DNA of 64,000 nt from Marinobacter sp. (lineage in GTDB: Bacteria; Pseudomonadota; Gammaproteobacteria; Pseudomonadales; Oleiphilaceae), in the NCBI GenBank assembly GCA_046260345.1, contig JBHEPI010000135.1, positions 190-64,189 of the forward strand. The letters are read 5' to 3'. Shown piece after piece: positions 1 to 9,722 of the stretch. Within the stretch, counting starts at the first letter, position 1. Each line of letters opens with the position of its first letter. The translations under genes and the position numbers were made by a program. The notes beneath the pieces were generated by a model. It saw only the letters and a program-made list of their open reading frames with translations. It was not told the origin of the DNA and did not search any database.

Positions 1-26
1 GGAATGTCGAGCTCGCCGCTGCCAGC

Positions 27-695
27 TCAGGCAAAATCGTACTTCCCGCCCTTTTCGAGCGCCTTTTTATAAGCCGGTCTGGCGTGGACTCGTTCCACCC
101 AGGCGGTGATATGGGGCCGGTTCTTACCCGTGATACCTCTTGCTACTGAGGCTTCCAGTGGGAAGCTCATCTGAATGTCCGCCGCGCTGAGATTATCCCC
201 GAGAAACCAGGTGTTCTGTGCCAGGTGGGATTCGACAAAATCCAGATGCGTCTTGATCATCGGGCCGATGAAGGTTTCATTGGTTTTGTCGGAAATGCCT
301 TTTGCCACTGGCTTGATGAAGAATGGCATCGGGCTGGTTTTTACCTTTTCAAACACCAGGCGCAACACCAGCGGGGGCATCAGGGAGCCTTCGGCGTAAT
401 GCAGCCAGTAGGTGTAATCAAGCCAGGCCTGGCCGCCTGCCTCAGGCAGCATGGTGTCTTTGCCATAGGTGTGGGCAAGGTATTCGACAATGGCGCCGGA
501 CTCCGCTACCACCAGATCGCCGTCGGTTATCACCGGTGATTTACCCAGGGGGTGTACCTTTTTGAGGCTCTCAGGCGCCAGCATGGTTTTGGAGTCGCGC
601 TCGTAACGCTGGATCTCGTAGGGCACGCCCAGCTCTTCAAGCATCCAGAGAACGCGCTGTGAGCGGGAATTGTTTAGGTGGTGAACTGTGATCAT
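27..695 (-). CDS. Glutathione S-transferase family protein
   Basis: N-terminal HHLNNSRSQRVLWMLEEL, HPLGKSPVI and ESGAI GST motifs; C-terminal SAADIQM. Confidence 0.93.
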   Translation of the reverse strand: MITVHHLNNSRSQRVLWMLEELGVPYEIQRYERDSKTMLAPESLKKVHPLGKSPVITDGDLVVAESGAIVEYLAHTYGKDTMLPEAGGQAWLDYTYWLHYAEGSLMPPLVLRLVFEKVKTSPMPFFIKPVAKGISDKTNETFIGPMIKTHLDFVESHLAQNTWFLGDNLSAADIQMSFPLEASVARGITGKNRPHITAWVERVHARPAYKKALEKGGKYDFA

Positions 696-783
696 GCAGA
701 AACTCCGTTCGCTTCAGAAAATAAGCAGGTATTGAGAGTAGGCCTTAAAGGGCTTTTTGGTTCACCGCTACCCGTGCGCTGCG

Positions 784-1680
784 TCACTGGTTTCGTTTGC
801 GGGCCGTAAAAGAGTGGTGTTTAAGGTCTTTGATAATCTCGGGTACCTTGAGGGGCAGTAACTTTCCGCCCGCTTTTATAAGGCTGATCACGGCATTCAT
901 CCGCTTGTACCAAAGCACCTGGCGAATCTTTGCCTTCATGGGGCGGTAGCCTTCCTGATAAAGCTCATCCACGCAGTCAGCATTGTTGGTAAGGCTATAA
1001 CGGCTTAAATCCAGCGCCACCGGGATGTCTGCCTTTTTTAACTGCTTGCGGGTGTTGAAGTCGATACCGATGTTGATGGCGTTGCTAATCACATCCAGCG
1101 TATTTTCCGGTTTCGGGTACCGGCCCACATGGCTCAGATCAACGGCCACGGTGATACCCGCTCCCATTTTTGCCAGCGGTGAGATCGGGACATTCTCAAC
1201 CAGGCCACCGTCTACCAGAATGCGACCGTCGATCTCCACCGGCACAAACAGACCGGGTACGGCCATAGACGCACAGACAGCATCCGCCAGATTTCCTTCC
1301 CTGAAAATCAGTTGCTCACCCGTTTCGATATCCGTTGTGCAAATGGCCAGAGGAATGTCGGCATCTTCGATCCGGCAATCACCCAGGTCCCGATGGATCA
1401 TCTCCCGAATGTTGTCGGTGCTGAACAGGCCTCCGCGCTCAAAGGTGAAATTTATAATCTTCGACAGATTGAGCGTTGAGCAGACGGAGAGTATGGACTC
1501 TGCCGGACGGCCGAAGGCATGATAACTGGCGATCAGTGCCCCCGCACTGGTGCCCGAGATACAATGAATCCTGATTTGCTCTTCTTCGAAGGCCTTCAAA
1601 ACGCCGATATGGGCAATGCCCTTGGCAGCACCGCCCCCGAGGGCGAGGCCTATGTGGGTGTTAAAGGGATTGAGTTTCAT
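784..1680 (-). CDS. Patatin-like phospholipase (RssA/NTE family)
   Basis: GGGAAKG oxyanion loop, GTSAG nucleophile, DGG motif; start placed at ATG 1680. Confidence 0.92.
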   Translation of the reverse strand: MKLNPFNTHIGLALGGGAAKGIAHIGVLKAFEEEQIRIHCISGTSAGALIASYHAFGRPAESILSVCSTLNLSKIINFTFERGGLFSTDNIREMIHRDLGDCRIEDADIPLAICTTDIETGEQLIFREGNLADAVCASMAVPGLFVPVEIDGRILVDGGLVENVPISPLAKMGAGITVAVDLSHVGRYPKPENTLDVISNAINIGIDFNTRKQLKKADIPVALDLSRYSLTNNADCVDELYQEGYRPMKAKIRQVLWYKRMNAVISLIKAGGKLLPLKVPEIIKDLKHHSFTARKRNQ

Positions 1681-1741
1681 GCTGGGGGCCTGATGATGGT
1701 ACAAAGGGAATACTTTATATTAATGTTAACAGAGGTCGATT

Positions 1742-2197
1742 ATGGCGGAACCATCACTCAAGGAAAAATTGGGCAACGCAGTGAAGAACGCGATGCGGAG
1801 CAAGGATAAAAGCCGGCTTGTCACTTTGCGTATGGCCCAGTCGGCGGTCAAGCAGATCGAGATTGATGAGCGCCGTGAGCTGTCGGACGAGGATGTTCTG
1901 AAGGTGCTCGACAAAATGCTCAAGCAGCGACGCGATGCCGCCAGCCAATACGATGAGGCCGGTCGCCAGGAACTGGGCGACAAGGAGCGGGCGGAAATGG
2001 TAATTATCGAGGAATTCATGCCCGCTGCCCTGACCGAGGATGATTTCGACGCACTGATTCGGCTGACCATCAGCGCAACCGACGCTCAGGGAATGCAGGA
2101 TATGGGGCGCGTGATGAACGAACTGAAACCCCAGGTGCTTGGCCGGGTCGACATGGGCCACCTGAGCAAGAAGGTAAGGGCGGCGCTGGCGAGCTGA
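1742..2197 (+). CDS. GatB/YqeY domain protein
   Basis: KQRRDAASQY...GRQEL and MQDMGRVM..LKPQVLGRVD YqeY signatures. Confidence 0.93.
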   Translation: MAEPSLKEKLGNAVKNAMRSKDKSRLVTLRMAQSAVKQIEIDERRELSDEDVLKVLDKMLKQRRDAASQYDEAGRQELGDKERAEMVIIEEFMPAALTEDDFDALIRLTISATDAQGMQDMGRVMNELKPQVLGRVDMGHLSKKVRAALAS

Positions 2198-2290
2198 CAG
2201 GTATTTCGGTGTTCCCTGCCTTGAATAGTTGGTGTGATGCACTCAGCTATAGGACATATTCGAGCGAAACAGCCAATCAGGAGATCCGCC

Positions 2291-2956
2291 ATGCATGTGT
2301 TTATCGCGGGAGCCAACGGACAAATCGGGCAACACCTGTTGCAGGAAATGGCAGACAGTGATCATGAGGCGCGGGCCTTGATCCGTCACCCTGATCAAGG
2401 CCCGGAATTGCAGCAGATGGGAGCTACCGAAACAGTGCTCGGCGACCTGGAGCAGGACTGTAGCGAGGCTATGAAAGGCTGCGATGCGGTTATTTTTACA
2501 GCGGGCTCCGGCCCTCACACCGGGCCGGATAAGACCGTTGATGTGGACCAGGACGGTGCTATCCGGCTGGTGGATACTGCCAGGGCTATGGGGATCACGC
2601 GGTTTATCATGGTCAGCAGTATGCGGGCTGAGGAGCCGGAGAAGGGGCCGGAAAAACTCCGCCATTACCTTCTGGCCAAGCGCAACGCCGATGAGCACCT
2701 GAAGAACAGCGGCCTTAATTACACCATTGTTCGTCCGGGCCAGCTGACTAACGATGAAGGCACGGGCAAAGTGATGCTGAGCGAGAAGCTGGAGGGGTTC
2801 GGTAAGATTCCGCGGCAGGATGTTGCCCGGGTTCTGCTGGCGGTGCTGGATTCTGATAATACCGGCAATCGTGTTTTCGATGTGGTGTCCGGTGACACGC
2901 CGGTGTCTGAGGCGCTGGCCAAGCTGTCAGTCCCCGGTGCTGTGCGCTCTGGATAA
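2291..2956 (+). CDS. Atypical SDR / NAD(P)H-binding oxidoreductase (YhfK-like)
   Basis: GANGQIG Rossmann motif, FTAGSG, YxxxK (YLLAK), IVRPG; GGAG RBS before ATG 2291. Confidence 0.9.
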   Translation: MHVFIAGANGQIGQHLLQEMADSDHEARALIRHPDQGPELQQMGATETVLGDLEQDCSEAMKGCDAVIFTAGSGPHTGPDKTVDVDQDGAIRLVDTARAMGITRFIMVSSMRAEEPEKGPEKLRHYLLAKRNADEHLKNSGLNYTIVRPGQLTNDEGTGKVMLSEKLEGFGKIPRQDVARVLLAVLDSDNTGNRVFDVVSGDTPVSEALAKLSVPGAVRSG

Positions 2957-2964
2957 CGACTGAT

Positions 2965-3849
2965 CTACCAGCCGAGCCTGATGCTCCCCAGAAGCTCGTC
3001 GCCCAAACGTAAGTCCAGGGTGCCTGAGTCCAGGTCCTGATATCGGACCCGGGTATCCACACTCGCACCAAGCCCCAGAGCCACTGATGGCCATAGCCTC
3101 TCACCCGAGCTGATGTAGTATCTCAGCTCGGCTCTCCACTCGCGCAGATAGAGAGTGCTTTCGACTTCCCGGGCCGCATCAAGCGTGGCCCAGCGGTCAC
3201 CTTTGCGCTCGAGTTTCAGTTCCCAGCGCTCACCGGGGCTTTGCCAACGTAGCAGGACCGGCAAATCCATTAGCCAGCGGCCGTTGGCACCTGTGTACTC
3301 CCAGCGAATCCTGGGTAGCCAGCGAAACGAACCGAAGCGATGGTCGCCGCCGACCCCCAGACTCACGGGTGAGCCCGCACCCAACGCGCGGAATATTGCC
3401 ACGCGGCCATTCACGACATCCTTATGGAAGGTCTGGTACTTGAACATATTGGAGGTGCCGGCAACGCTCGTCTGCGCTTCCATGCGGTAGAGTTGGTGCT
3501 GCCAGTGGCCCCCGAAGGTCAACCGGTGCAAATGGCCGTTGTGCGCCGGTTTGCCGCTGCGTATGCGCAGAGGCTGGTAATCGTAATCAACGCCAATTGC
3601 GGCCTCAGTGCTTTCGCGACGCCAGCCCAGCCCAAGCTGGGAACGGCTCACTTCGTTTGCCGACGGCACATCTTCAGGCCAGCCGTAAGGCTGCCACTGC
3701 CGGTACAGCAGGTAGAAATCACTTGAGGCCTGAACAGAGCGCGGCAGGGTGGAGGTAATGACAAGAAGAGCCACCAGAGGAAACAGCCACGATGCCGCAA
3801 GACCTGTGTTGTGGCCGAACATTTGCTTGAACACGGTGCTTGTCCTCAA
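2965..3849 (-). CDS. Hypothetical exported protein, probable outer-membrane beta-barrel
   Basis: Signal-peptide-like N-terminus (VQA|S), alternating aromatic/hydrophobic strands, C-terminal Trp. Confidence 0.55.
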   Translation of the reverse strand: MRTSTVFKQMFGHNTGLAASWLFPLVALLVITSTLPRSVQASSDFYLLYRQWQPYGWPEDVPSANEVSRSQLGLGWRRESTEAAIGVDYDYQPLRIRSGKPAHNGHLHRLTFGGHWQHQLYRMEAQTSVAGTSNMFKYQTFHKDVVNGRVAIFRALGAGSPVSLGVGGDHRFGSFRWLPRIRWEYTGANGRWLMDLPVLLRWQSPGERWELKLERKGDRWATLDAAREVESTLYLREWRAELRYYISSGERLWPSVALGLGASVDTRVRYQDLDSGTLDLRLGDELLGSIRLGW

Positions 3850-4058
3850 TCATTTCCTTGCCTGATTAAGAACTGTAGGCCAATTCACATCTGCCTGCCG
3901 ATTAACTCCGACGGCGTGAAGAGCCTGTTCATGCTATTTTCCCTTTTTGTGAAAAAGCTGTTTATGGTGGCCGCGTTTGCTCTGTTATTCGGTACCGTGC
4001 TGTTGCGGCCCGGAACTCTGAGGGCGCGCTTGCAGTTAACGTATGGAGGTTAATGGTT

Positions 4059-4238
4059 ATGGAAACGCTGCTGATAATTCTCGCTGTTCTTTTTCTGGCA
4101 TTGATTGTCATTATTCCGCTGGTGGAAAAATACGCCCCCAAGGGTGAGCTTAAGAGCTTTGGCAATATCACCCGTTGGATAATTCCGCTGATGGTGCTGG
4201 TTCTTGTGTTGCAATTGCTTCGGCAATACTTCATGTGA
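4059..4238 (+). CDS. Small two-TM hypothetical membrane protein
   Basis: GGAGG RBS at 4045-4049; two hydrophobic helices (alternative ATG at 4053). Confidence 0.7.
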   Translation: METLLIILAVLFLALIVIIPLVEKYAPKGELKSFGNITRWIIPLMVLVLVLQLLRQYFM

Positions 4239-4274
4239 GGTGAAAGCCCCGGGAGTTTTGGCCGGAATTGCCGG

Positions 4275-4733
4275 TTAATCGTGAATCTCCTCCGAGATCT
4301 CCAGCAGGACCGGGTCCATCAACCGGTAAACCCAGGCTGATTCGCCATTTTGAAGCGTCAGTTTTACCCGCTCATAGCGCACACCCAGCCGTTCGTATCG
4401 ATCCAGTGCCCTGAGCTCCTCGGCGTTTACGGTGATGACTTGTCCTTCGGTGACTGCTTCGGAATCCGGCCTGATGTCCAGCCTCTCCTTGCGATAACCG
4501 GGTAGCTTGGCAGATTCACTGCCGCCGGCTCTTCCTGTCACCAGCCAGCGTACCCAGGGTTTTGTCAGGGTGCCGAACACAAAGACTGAATAGGTGGTGC
4601 CTTCATCTATGGCGGGCAGGTTGTCTGGCGGGTTGTAGCCGAAGGGGCTGGCAAAGGTCAGCCAAAGATAGCCGATCACCAGGGTGAGCGCGGTTGAAAC
4701 GCCAACCAGGGTATACCGGATTGTTTTTCTCAC
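4275..4733 (-). CDS. Gamma-glutamylcyclotransferase (GGCT/AIG2-like) with N-terminal membrane anchor
   Basis: VFVFGTL, ALDRYE, YER, AWVY motifs; GTG start overlaps the upstream TGA. Confidence 0.82.
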   Translation of the reverse strand: MRKTIRYTLVGVSTALTLVIGYLWLTFASPFGYNPPDNLPAIDEGTTYSVFVFGTLTKPWVRWLVTGRAGGSESAKLPGYRKERLDIRPDSEAVTEGQVITVNAEELRALDRYERLGVRYERVKLTLQNGESAWVYRLMDPVLLEISEEIHD

Positions 4734-5041
4734 AGACCTGCGTTTCTGGTCAGTGCGAAACTCAGCAACCATCGATTTCCGCGTTCAATCCTTGAAACCC
4801 GGTGCTGATAAAGATCCGGACGGAACAGGTATAAGCGCCCGAACAAGTTAAAAATCGTTTTCTCACAGATAAACTCGCCACCGGCTTTCGGGCTGACCAG
4901 AACACAATTAAATTTGTAGAGCCGGCCCGCTGAAATCATGTCCACGTGGGGCACCACCTTGTGGCCCTCGGGATACCGGACCAGATAGACGTTCAGGCGT
5001 TTTGAATGGAACAGTATCCGGGTTTTTACGTTTGCTGACAT
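4730..5041 (-). CDS. Small 2OG-Fe(II) oxygenase superfamily protein
   Basis: HVD...GGEF...H.V...R pattern (HxD...H triad plus 2OG-binding Arg). Confidence 0.8.
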   Translation of the reverse strand: MSANVKTRILFHSKRLNVYLVRYPEGHKVVPHVDMISAGRLYKFNCVLVSPKAGGEFICEKTIFNLFGRLYLFRPDLYQHRVSRIERGNRWLLSFALTRNAGL

Positions 5042-5107
5042 TGGATATGTGTCCGCTTGCGACAAATCTTGACTGTGAGTCTGCGTGGTGTGTCGGGTGT
5101 AGGTCAA

Positions 5108-5569
5108 CTATGGACGCTGGCCAGAACCCGGGTTGAGGGCTTTCAGATAGGTCTGGGTCCATTCCTCAATGCGTTCGGTCTGTTGTATCTCAGAGAAAAT
5201 CCGGTCGAACTCGGAAATCAGCGCCCGCGCGTTACGCCGTGTTTTCGGCACCATCATGTGGAGAGAAACCCTTTCAACAAGGAAAGGCAGGGCCCTGATA
5301 TTGTCTGCAGACACATCAATCTGGTGAATGACGTAGTTGGCCACATAATGATTGATCTTGATGAAGTCGACGCGACCTGCCATCAGCATTTTGAAGCAGC
5401 TTTTCAGATTCGGGCCGGTGACCAGTATAATCGGTTCTTTTAGCGCCAGTGTTTCTGCCTTGACCAATGCTGTTGTCAGAAGTAGAACTGAAAGACACAA
5501 CGCCCGTGCGGCACGGTGAGCTATCGCTTGCCACGGCATGTTTTGTTGTTCCATCGTCACGTTTGCCAT
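5108..5569 (-). pseudogene. Internally deleted family-3 (PBPb-type) periplasmic solute-binding protein
   Basis: Signal peptide and first strand (IILVTG) join directly to the C-terminal lobe motif CFKMLMAGRVDF; 153 aa versus about 250 typical. Confidence 0.6.
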
Positions 5570-5730
5570 TCTATCCAGGCAATAGATGTTTCATAACAAG
5601 TATGCTGTGCCGGCCGGTCATGCGCAATGTTGGCCGTTCTCTGTTGCGGTTCCACTCTTTGTTGCCTTGGCCTCCGCCTCCGGGACGGGACTGGTCGACA
5701 TTCAGCATGCTCATGCAGCATGATGTTTAG

Positions 5731-6594
5731 TCAGGGTGTAACGGTAACCGGAAGGCTGAGTGCGGCCAGTAGTTGCTCTGCGCCGGGTTCATTGAAAAGC
5801 GCGCACTCCCGGCTGACGACCAGTTGCGAGGCCCGCTCCTCCCGGAGCACCCGGGCTACGGTCAGCGGATTTGAATCAGGCATAACCCGCAACCGGATGC
5901 CGGCCCCGAGTACGTCAAGGTCTTGCCTGATCGCGTCGAGCCGGCCGTCGGTTGGCTTGACGTCGGCACCGAGGATAATTGTCACCGGCTGGTGATGGTG
6001 CCTGGAGATCTCGGCGGCTGCCAATGCCGCCCGGTGATTTGCTTCATCATGGTCATTCAGGAAAACAACCACCCGGTTCTGGTGTGGCAGCGTCTTTTCA
6101 CACCATAGCAACACCCGCCCCGGTGACTGCCGAACCAGCCGCCGTGCGGTGGAGCCCAAACGAGCGCCTGCCGGAGAAGACCAGCCGGCCCTGCCGAGCA
6201 CAAGCAGATCGTCCGGGCCTGCCAGTGCCAGCACCTCCTCAACGACACGACCGCGGGCAATACTGAGCTCGGCGTTGCCTCCGTGCTGCTTTACAGCCCT
6301 CGCCAGTGCTACACGCGCCTGGTTTGCCAGCCGTTGCATGCGCTGCTGCAGAATGCCGGGGTCCAGTGGCCGGCTGATCCCGGAAGCCGTGCCAACCTCC
6401 CTTGAGAAACCATACCCGGCGCTGCGCAACAGATTCAGTTCCTCCACATACACGCCCAGAATCTCGGCACCGCGTTTGCCGGCAATATCGGCGGCGGCCT
6501 CCAGCGCCTCGTAGCTCAACCGTGAGCCGTCGATAAGCACCAGTATGCGCCCTTGTGCAGAAGCCGGCGCGTCGGACTTTTCAGTATTAATCAC
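5731..6594 (-). CDS. Universal stress protein (tandem Usp domains)
   Basis: RILVLIDGS, DLLVLG...RLGSTA; GTG 6594 with GGAG RBS, coupled to the Lon stop. Confidence 0.85.
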   Translation of the reverse strand: MINTEKSDAPASAQGRILVLIDGSRLSYEALEAAADIAGKRGAEILGVYVEELNLLRSAGYGFSREVGTASGISRPLDPGILQQRMQRLANQARVALARAVKQHGGNAELSIARGRVVEEVLALAGPDDLLVLGRAGWSSPAGARLGSTARRLVRQSPGRVLLWCEKTLPHQNRVVVFLNDHDEANHRAALAAAEISRHHHQPVTIILGADVKPTDGRLDAIRQDLDVLGAGIRLRVMPDSNPLTVARVLREERASQLVVSRECALFNEPGAEQLLAALSLPVTVTP

Positions 6595-8989
6595 GGCTCG
6601 CGTCTCCGCTGCTGTCGCGGCTTTCTTCGCCGTCATCGTGCTTCTTGCTGATTTCGGCAAACCGGGACAGGCGCTCGGCAATTACCCGGTTGAAGGATGC
6701 CTCGGGGAATTCGCCTTTTTCGTCCGGTTCGCCGGCTTCCATACCCGTTAAAAGTTCAATCGCCTGATTGATATGCGACACCGGGTAGATACTGAAGTCG
6801 CCATCGGCAATGGCCTGGCGAACATTTGAGTTGAGCATCAGATGTTCGACATTGCTGGCCGGTAGAATGACACCGTGGCCGCGAAACTTTCCGGCTTCAC
6901 GACAGACATCGAAAAAACCTTCAATTTTTTCGTTCACACCGCCCACTGCCTGAACCTCACCATGCTGGTTCATTGAGCCGGTGACAGCGAAGCCCTGGCG
7001 CAATGGCAAACGGCTGATAGCCGACAGCAAAACACAGGTTTCGGCAACGGAAGCGGAATCGCCCTCCACGCCCCCGTAAGACTGCTCGAAAGCCAGGCTC
7101 GCTGACAGGGACAGCTCGCCATCACCCGCGTACTGGCTGGCCAGAAAGCGGGAGAGAATCATCACCGCCTTGCTGTGAATCGGGCCGCCCAGCTTTGCTT
7201 CACGTTCGATGTCCACAACCTGGCCCTTTCCTGGGCGGGCGGTGGCCGTGATCCGGGTAGGCTGGCCAAACATTGAAGCCCCGAGTTTGAGTACCGAGAG
7301 CCCGTTCACCTGGCCTACGGTCTCTCCCTCGGTCGCAATCATCACGATGCCGCGGGCGATCTGCTCATGACTTCGCTCGCGAATCCGGCTGGCGCGGAAT
7401 TCCCGTTCATCAATCGCCTGTTGGACATGCGGCTGCTCAATGGTGGCCATGCCTGCCCGAGCCGCCCAGTGGTCGGCCTCGCTGACGAGATCCCTCAGTA
7501 CCCGGTCGTGCGCCGTCAGCTTGCGCTGATCCATCGCCAGCCGGCTTGCCTGTTCGATCAGCCTGGCCACCGCAGCCCGGTCCAGTGGCCTGCACTTCAG
7601 CGTCCGTGCCATTGTGGCGATCATGCGCGCATAGAGTCCGTAGCTCTCGTCATCCCGATCAAGATCGTCCTCAAAATCGGCCTCAACTTTAAACAGATCT
7701 AGGAAGTCAGGGTCATAGTGGGACAGCAGGTAATACAGCATGCGGTCGCCCAGCAATACGACTTTAACAGAGACCGGAATGGGCTCTGGCTGCAGGCTGA
7801 TGGTGCTCGCCAGCCCATACAGTCGTTCCAGGGATTCGATCCGGATCTCGCCTGAAAACAGGATGCGTTTCAGGCTTTCCCAGGCCATCGGCTGGCTCAG
7901 TATCCGGCGGGCATCAATGATCAGGTAACCACCGTTAGCCCGGTGAACAGAGCCGCCCTTTATCAGCGTGAAATCGGTGTACAGTGTACCCTGGCGGGCC
8001 CGGTGTTCAATCTGGCCTGCCAGGTGCTGGTGATTCGGCAGGTCCTCATAGATGACCGGTGCCCCTGTTGTCTCTGAATTATCCACCAGTAAATTGACTT
8101 TGTACCGGCCCAGCAGTCCGCTGGGTGGCCCATTTTCGCTGTCCTGAAACGCTTCGGCGTGCTCCACTACATCTTCGCGTATGGCGTCCAGGTAATCGAC
8201 GACTGCGGACAGGTGCCGCCATTTCTCGCGCAGTTCCCCGATCGGGCCGCCGAGAGTGAGCTGAACCATTTCTTCATTAAGCGCATGAACCCGTTCCCGG
8301 ACTTCCTTGCGCAAGCGCGGAATCTGTTGAATGGTCTGCTGCAGTTTTTTCTGAAGATCTTCGACCTTGGATTCAACAAGTGCTTTTTCTTCATCCGAGA
8401 AATTTTTGTATTCCTCTGGATCAATTACTTCGCCGTTGCGCATCGGAGCAAAGGTAAAGCCGGCCGGCGTCGTTATCATGGCGATGTTATTGGCGTTGGC
8501 CTCTTCCTGAATTTCAAACAAACCCTGTTGCTGGCGCTTTGCCACTTCCTCCTGGAGTTCCTGCAGGCGCGCCTGATACTCCTCACTCTCAAAGGTTGCC
8601 GGGATGGCTGTGCGCAGCTCCCCGGAAAGGTCGTTGATGTCTTTCTTGAACTGCCGCCCTTCACCAGCCGGCAGGCGTATGGAGGTGGGCCGGTCCGCGA
8701 ACTCAAAGTTGTGGACATGGCACCAATCCGACGGCACGGGTTGCTCTTCGGCATGTTTGGAGAGGAAACGCTCCACCAGTTCGTGCTTGCCCGCGCCTGA
8801 GGGACCCAGAACAAACAGGTTGAATCCGTTCGCCTGCATGCTGGCCCCGAATTCCAGAGCCCGGATTACACGGGCCTGGCCGCAGGGCAGTTCCAGGTCC
8901 TCCAGGGAATCGGTGGTGTCGAACTCGAGCTGCTCCAGCGGGCACTGGTGATAAACCTGTTCTGCGGTCAACGGCGAGGGTAATGTCAT
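6587..8989 (-). CDS. Lon-family (LonB/LonC-like, AAA_32 + Lon_C) protease
   Basis: GPSGAGK Walker A, ANGGYL, EGDSAS catalytic Ser, GGVNEKIEGF catalytic Lys. Confidence 0.93.
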   Translation of the reverse strand: MTLPSPLTAEQVYHQCPLEQLEFDTTDSLEDLELPCGQARVIRALEFGASMQANGFNLFVLGPSGAGKHELVERFLSKHAEEQPVPSDWCHVHNFEFADRPTSIRLPAGEGRQFKKDINDLSGELRTAIPATFESEEYQARLQELQEEVAKRQQQGLFEIQEEANANNIAMITTPAGFTFAPMRNGEVIDPEEYKNFSDEEKALVESKVEDLQKKLQQTIQQIPRLRKEVRERVHALNEEMVQLTLGGPIGELREKWRHLSAVVDYLDAIREDVVEHAEAFQDSENGPPSGLLGRYKVNLLVDNSETTGAPVIYEDLPNHQHLAGQIEHRARQGTLYTDFTLIKGGSVHRANGGYLIIDARRILSQPMAWESLKRILFSGEIRIESLERLYGLASTISLQPEPIPVSVKVVLLGDRMLYYLLSHYDPDFLDLFKVEADFEDDLDRDDESYGLYARMIATMARTLKCRPLDRAAVARLIEQASRLAMDQRKLTAHDRVLRDLVSEADHWAARAGMATIEQPHVQQAIDEREFRASRIRERSHEQIARGIVMIATEGETVGQVNGLSVLKLGASMFGQPTRITATARPGKGQVVDIEREAKLGGPIHSKAVMILSRFLASQYAGDGELSLSASLAFEQSYGGVEGDSASVAETCVLLSAISRLPLRQGFAVTGSMNQHGEVQAVGGVNEKIEGFFDVCREAGKFRGHGVILPASNVEHLMLNSNVRQAIADGDFSIYPVSHINQAIELLTGMEAGEPDEKGEFPEASFNRVIAERLSRFAEISKKHDDGEESRDSSGDASRD

Positions 8990-9177
8990 CAACATCCTCC
9001 GGATGAGTGGCTGGCAGGTCTGGAAACTGCGGGAAACTTCACACAAGGATAGACCACCACGACGATTTGTTGTTGTGCCTGCACCGCGAAATTCCAGCTT
9101 GATTGTGAGCGCTCCGGGGTGATCTGAAAGAGGGGGTTGGTTAAACTGTCCGTTTTACTAGTCGAGCGATCGCAACC

Positions 9178-9657
9178 ATGTCTCTTTTTCCAGCCGACAG
9201 CGGCGAGAACGATCTTTTCATTTCACGCTCCGATCCAGAGAGCTCTTTTGGTACTTACGCCGCCTTCAGTTTTGAGTTGGAGGGCAAGGTCTGGCCAACG
9301 GTTGAGCACTACTTCCAGGGTATGAAGTTTACTGACCAAACCTGGCAGGAAAAGATAAGAGCTGCGGCTACACCCGCGCAGGCAAGAAAACTGGGCCGCA
9401 AGCGACACAAGAGCCTGCGGCGGGACTGGAAACAGGTGCGTGAAACCGTCATGACACGAGGGGTGTATGTGCGCTGCCGTACCTACTCCCAGCTGGCGGA
9501 AGAACTGCTTGATACCGGCGACCAGAAGATTGTAGAAAACAGCAACTTCGATTACTTCTGGGGTTGTGGCCGTGATCGCCGGGGCGACAACCGGTATGGG
9601 CACGTGCTGATGAATGTCCGCGCCAAGCTTCGGGAAGAGCGGGCTGATAGTATTTGA
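9178..9657 (+). CDS. NADAR family N-glycosidase (YbiA-like)
   Basis: WPTVEHYFQ, ARKLGR, E....DYFWGCG, G.N..G..LM.VR motifs. Confidence 0.9.
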   Translation: MSLFPADSGENDLFISRSDPESSFGTYAAFSFELEGKVWPTVEHYFQGMKFTDQTWQEKIRAAATPAQARKLGRKRHKSLRRDWKQVRETVMTRGVYVRCRTYSQLAEELLDTGDQKIVENSNFDYFWGCGRDRRGDNRYGHVLMNVRAKLREERADSI

Positions 9658-9722
9658 CGGCGGTGAATACAGGCGTCAATCTTGTGCTCAATTGACAATC
9701 CACACTGTAGAGAGAGAGCTCG

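Noticed and set aside
5586-5730. Short plus-strand ORFs between the binding-protein remnant and the USP gene
   Set aside because: No recognisable family or RBS; possibly decayed sequence.
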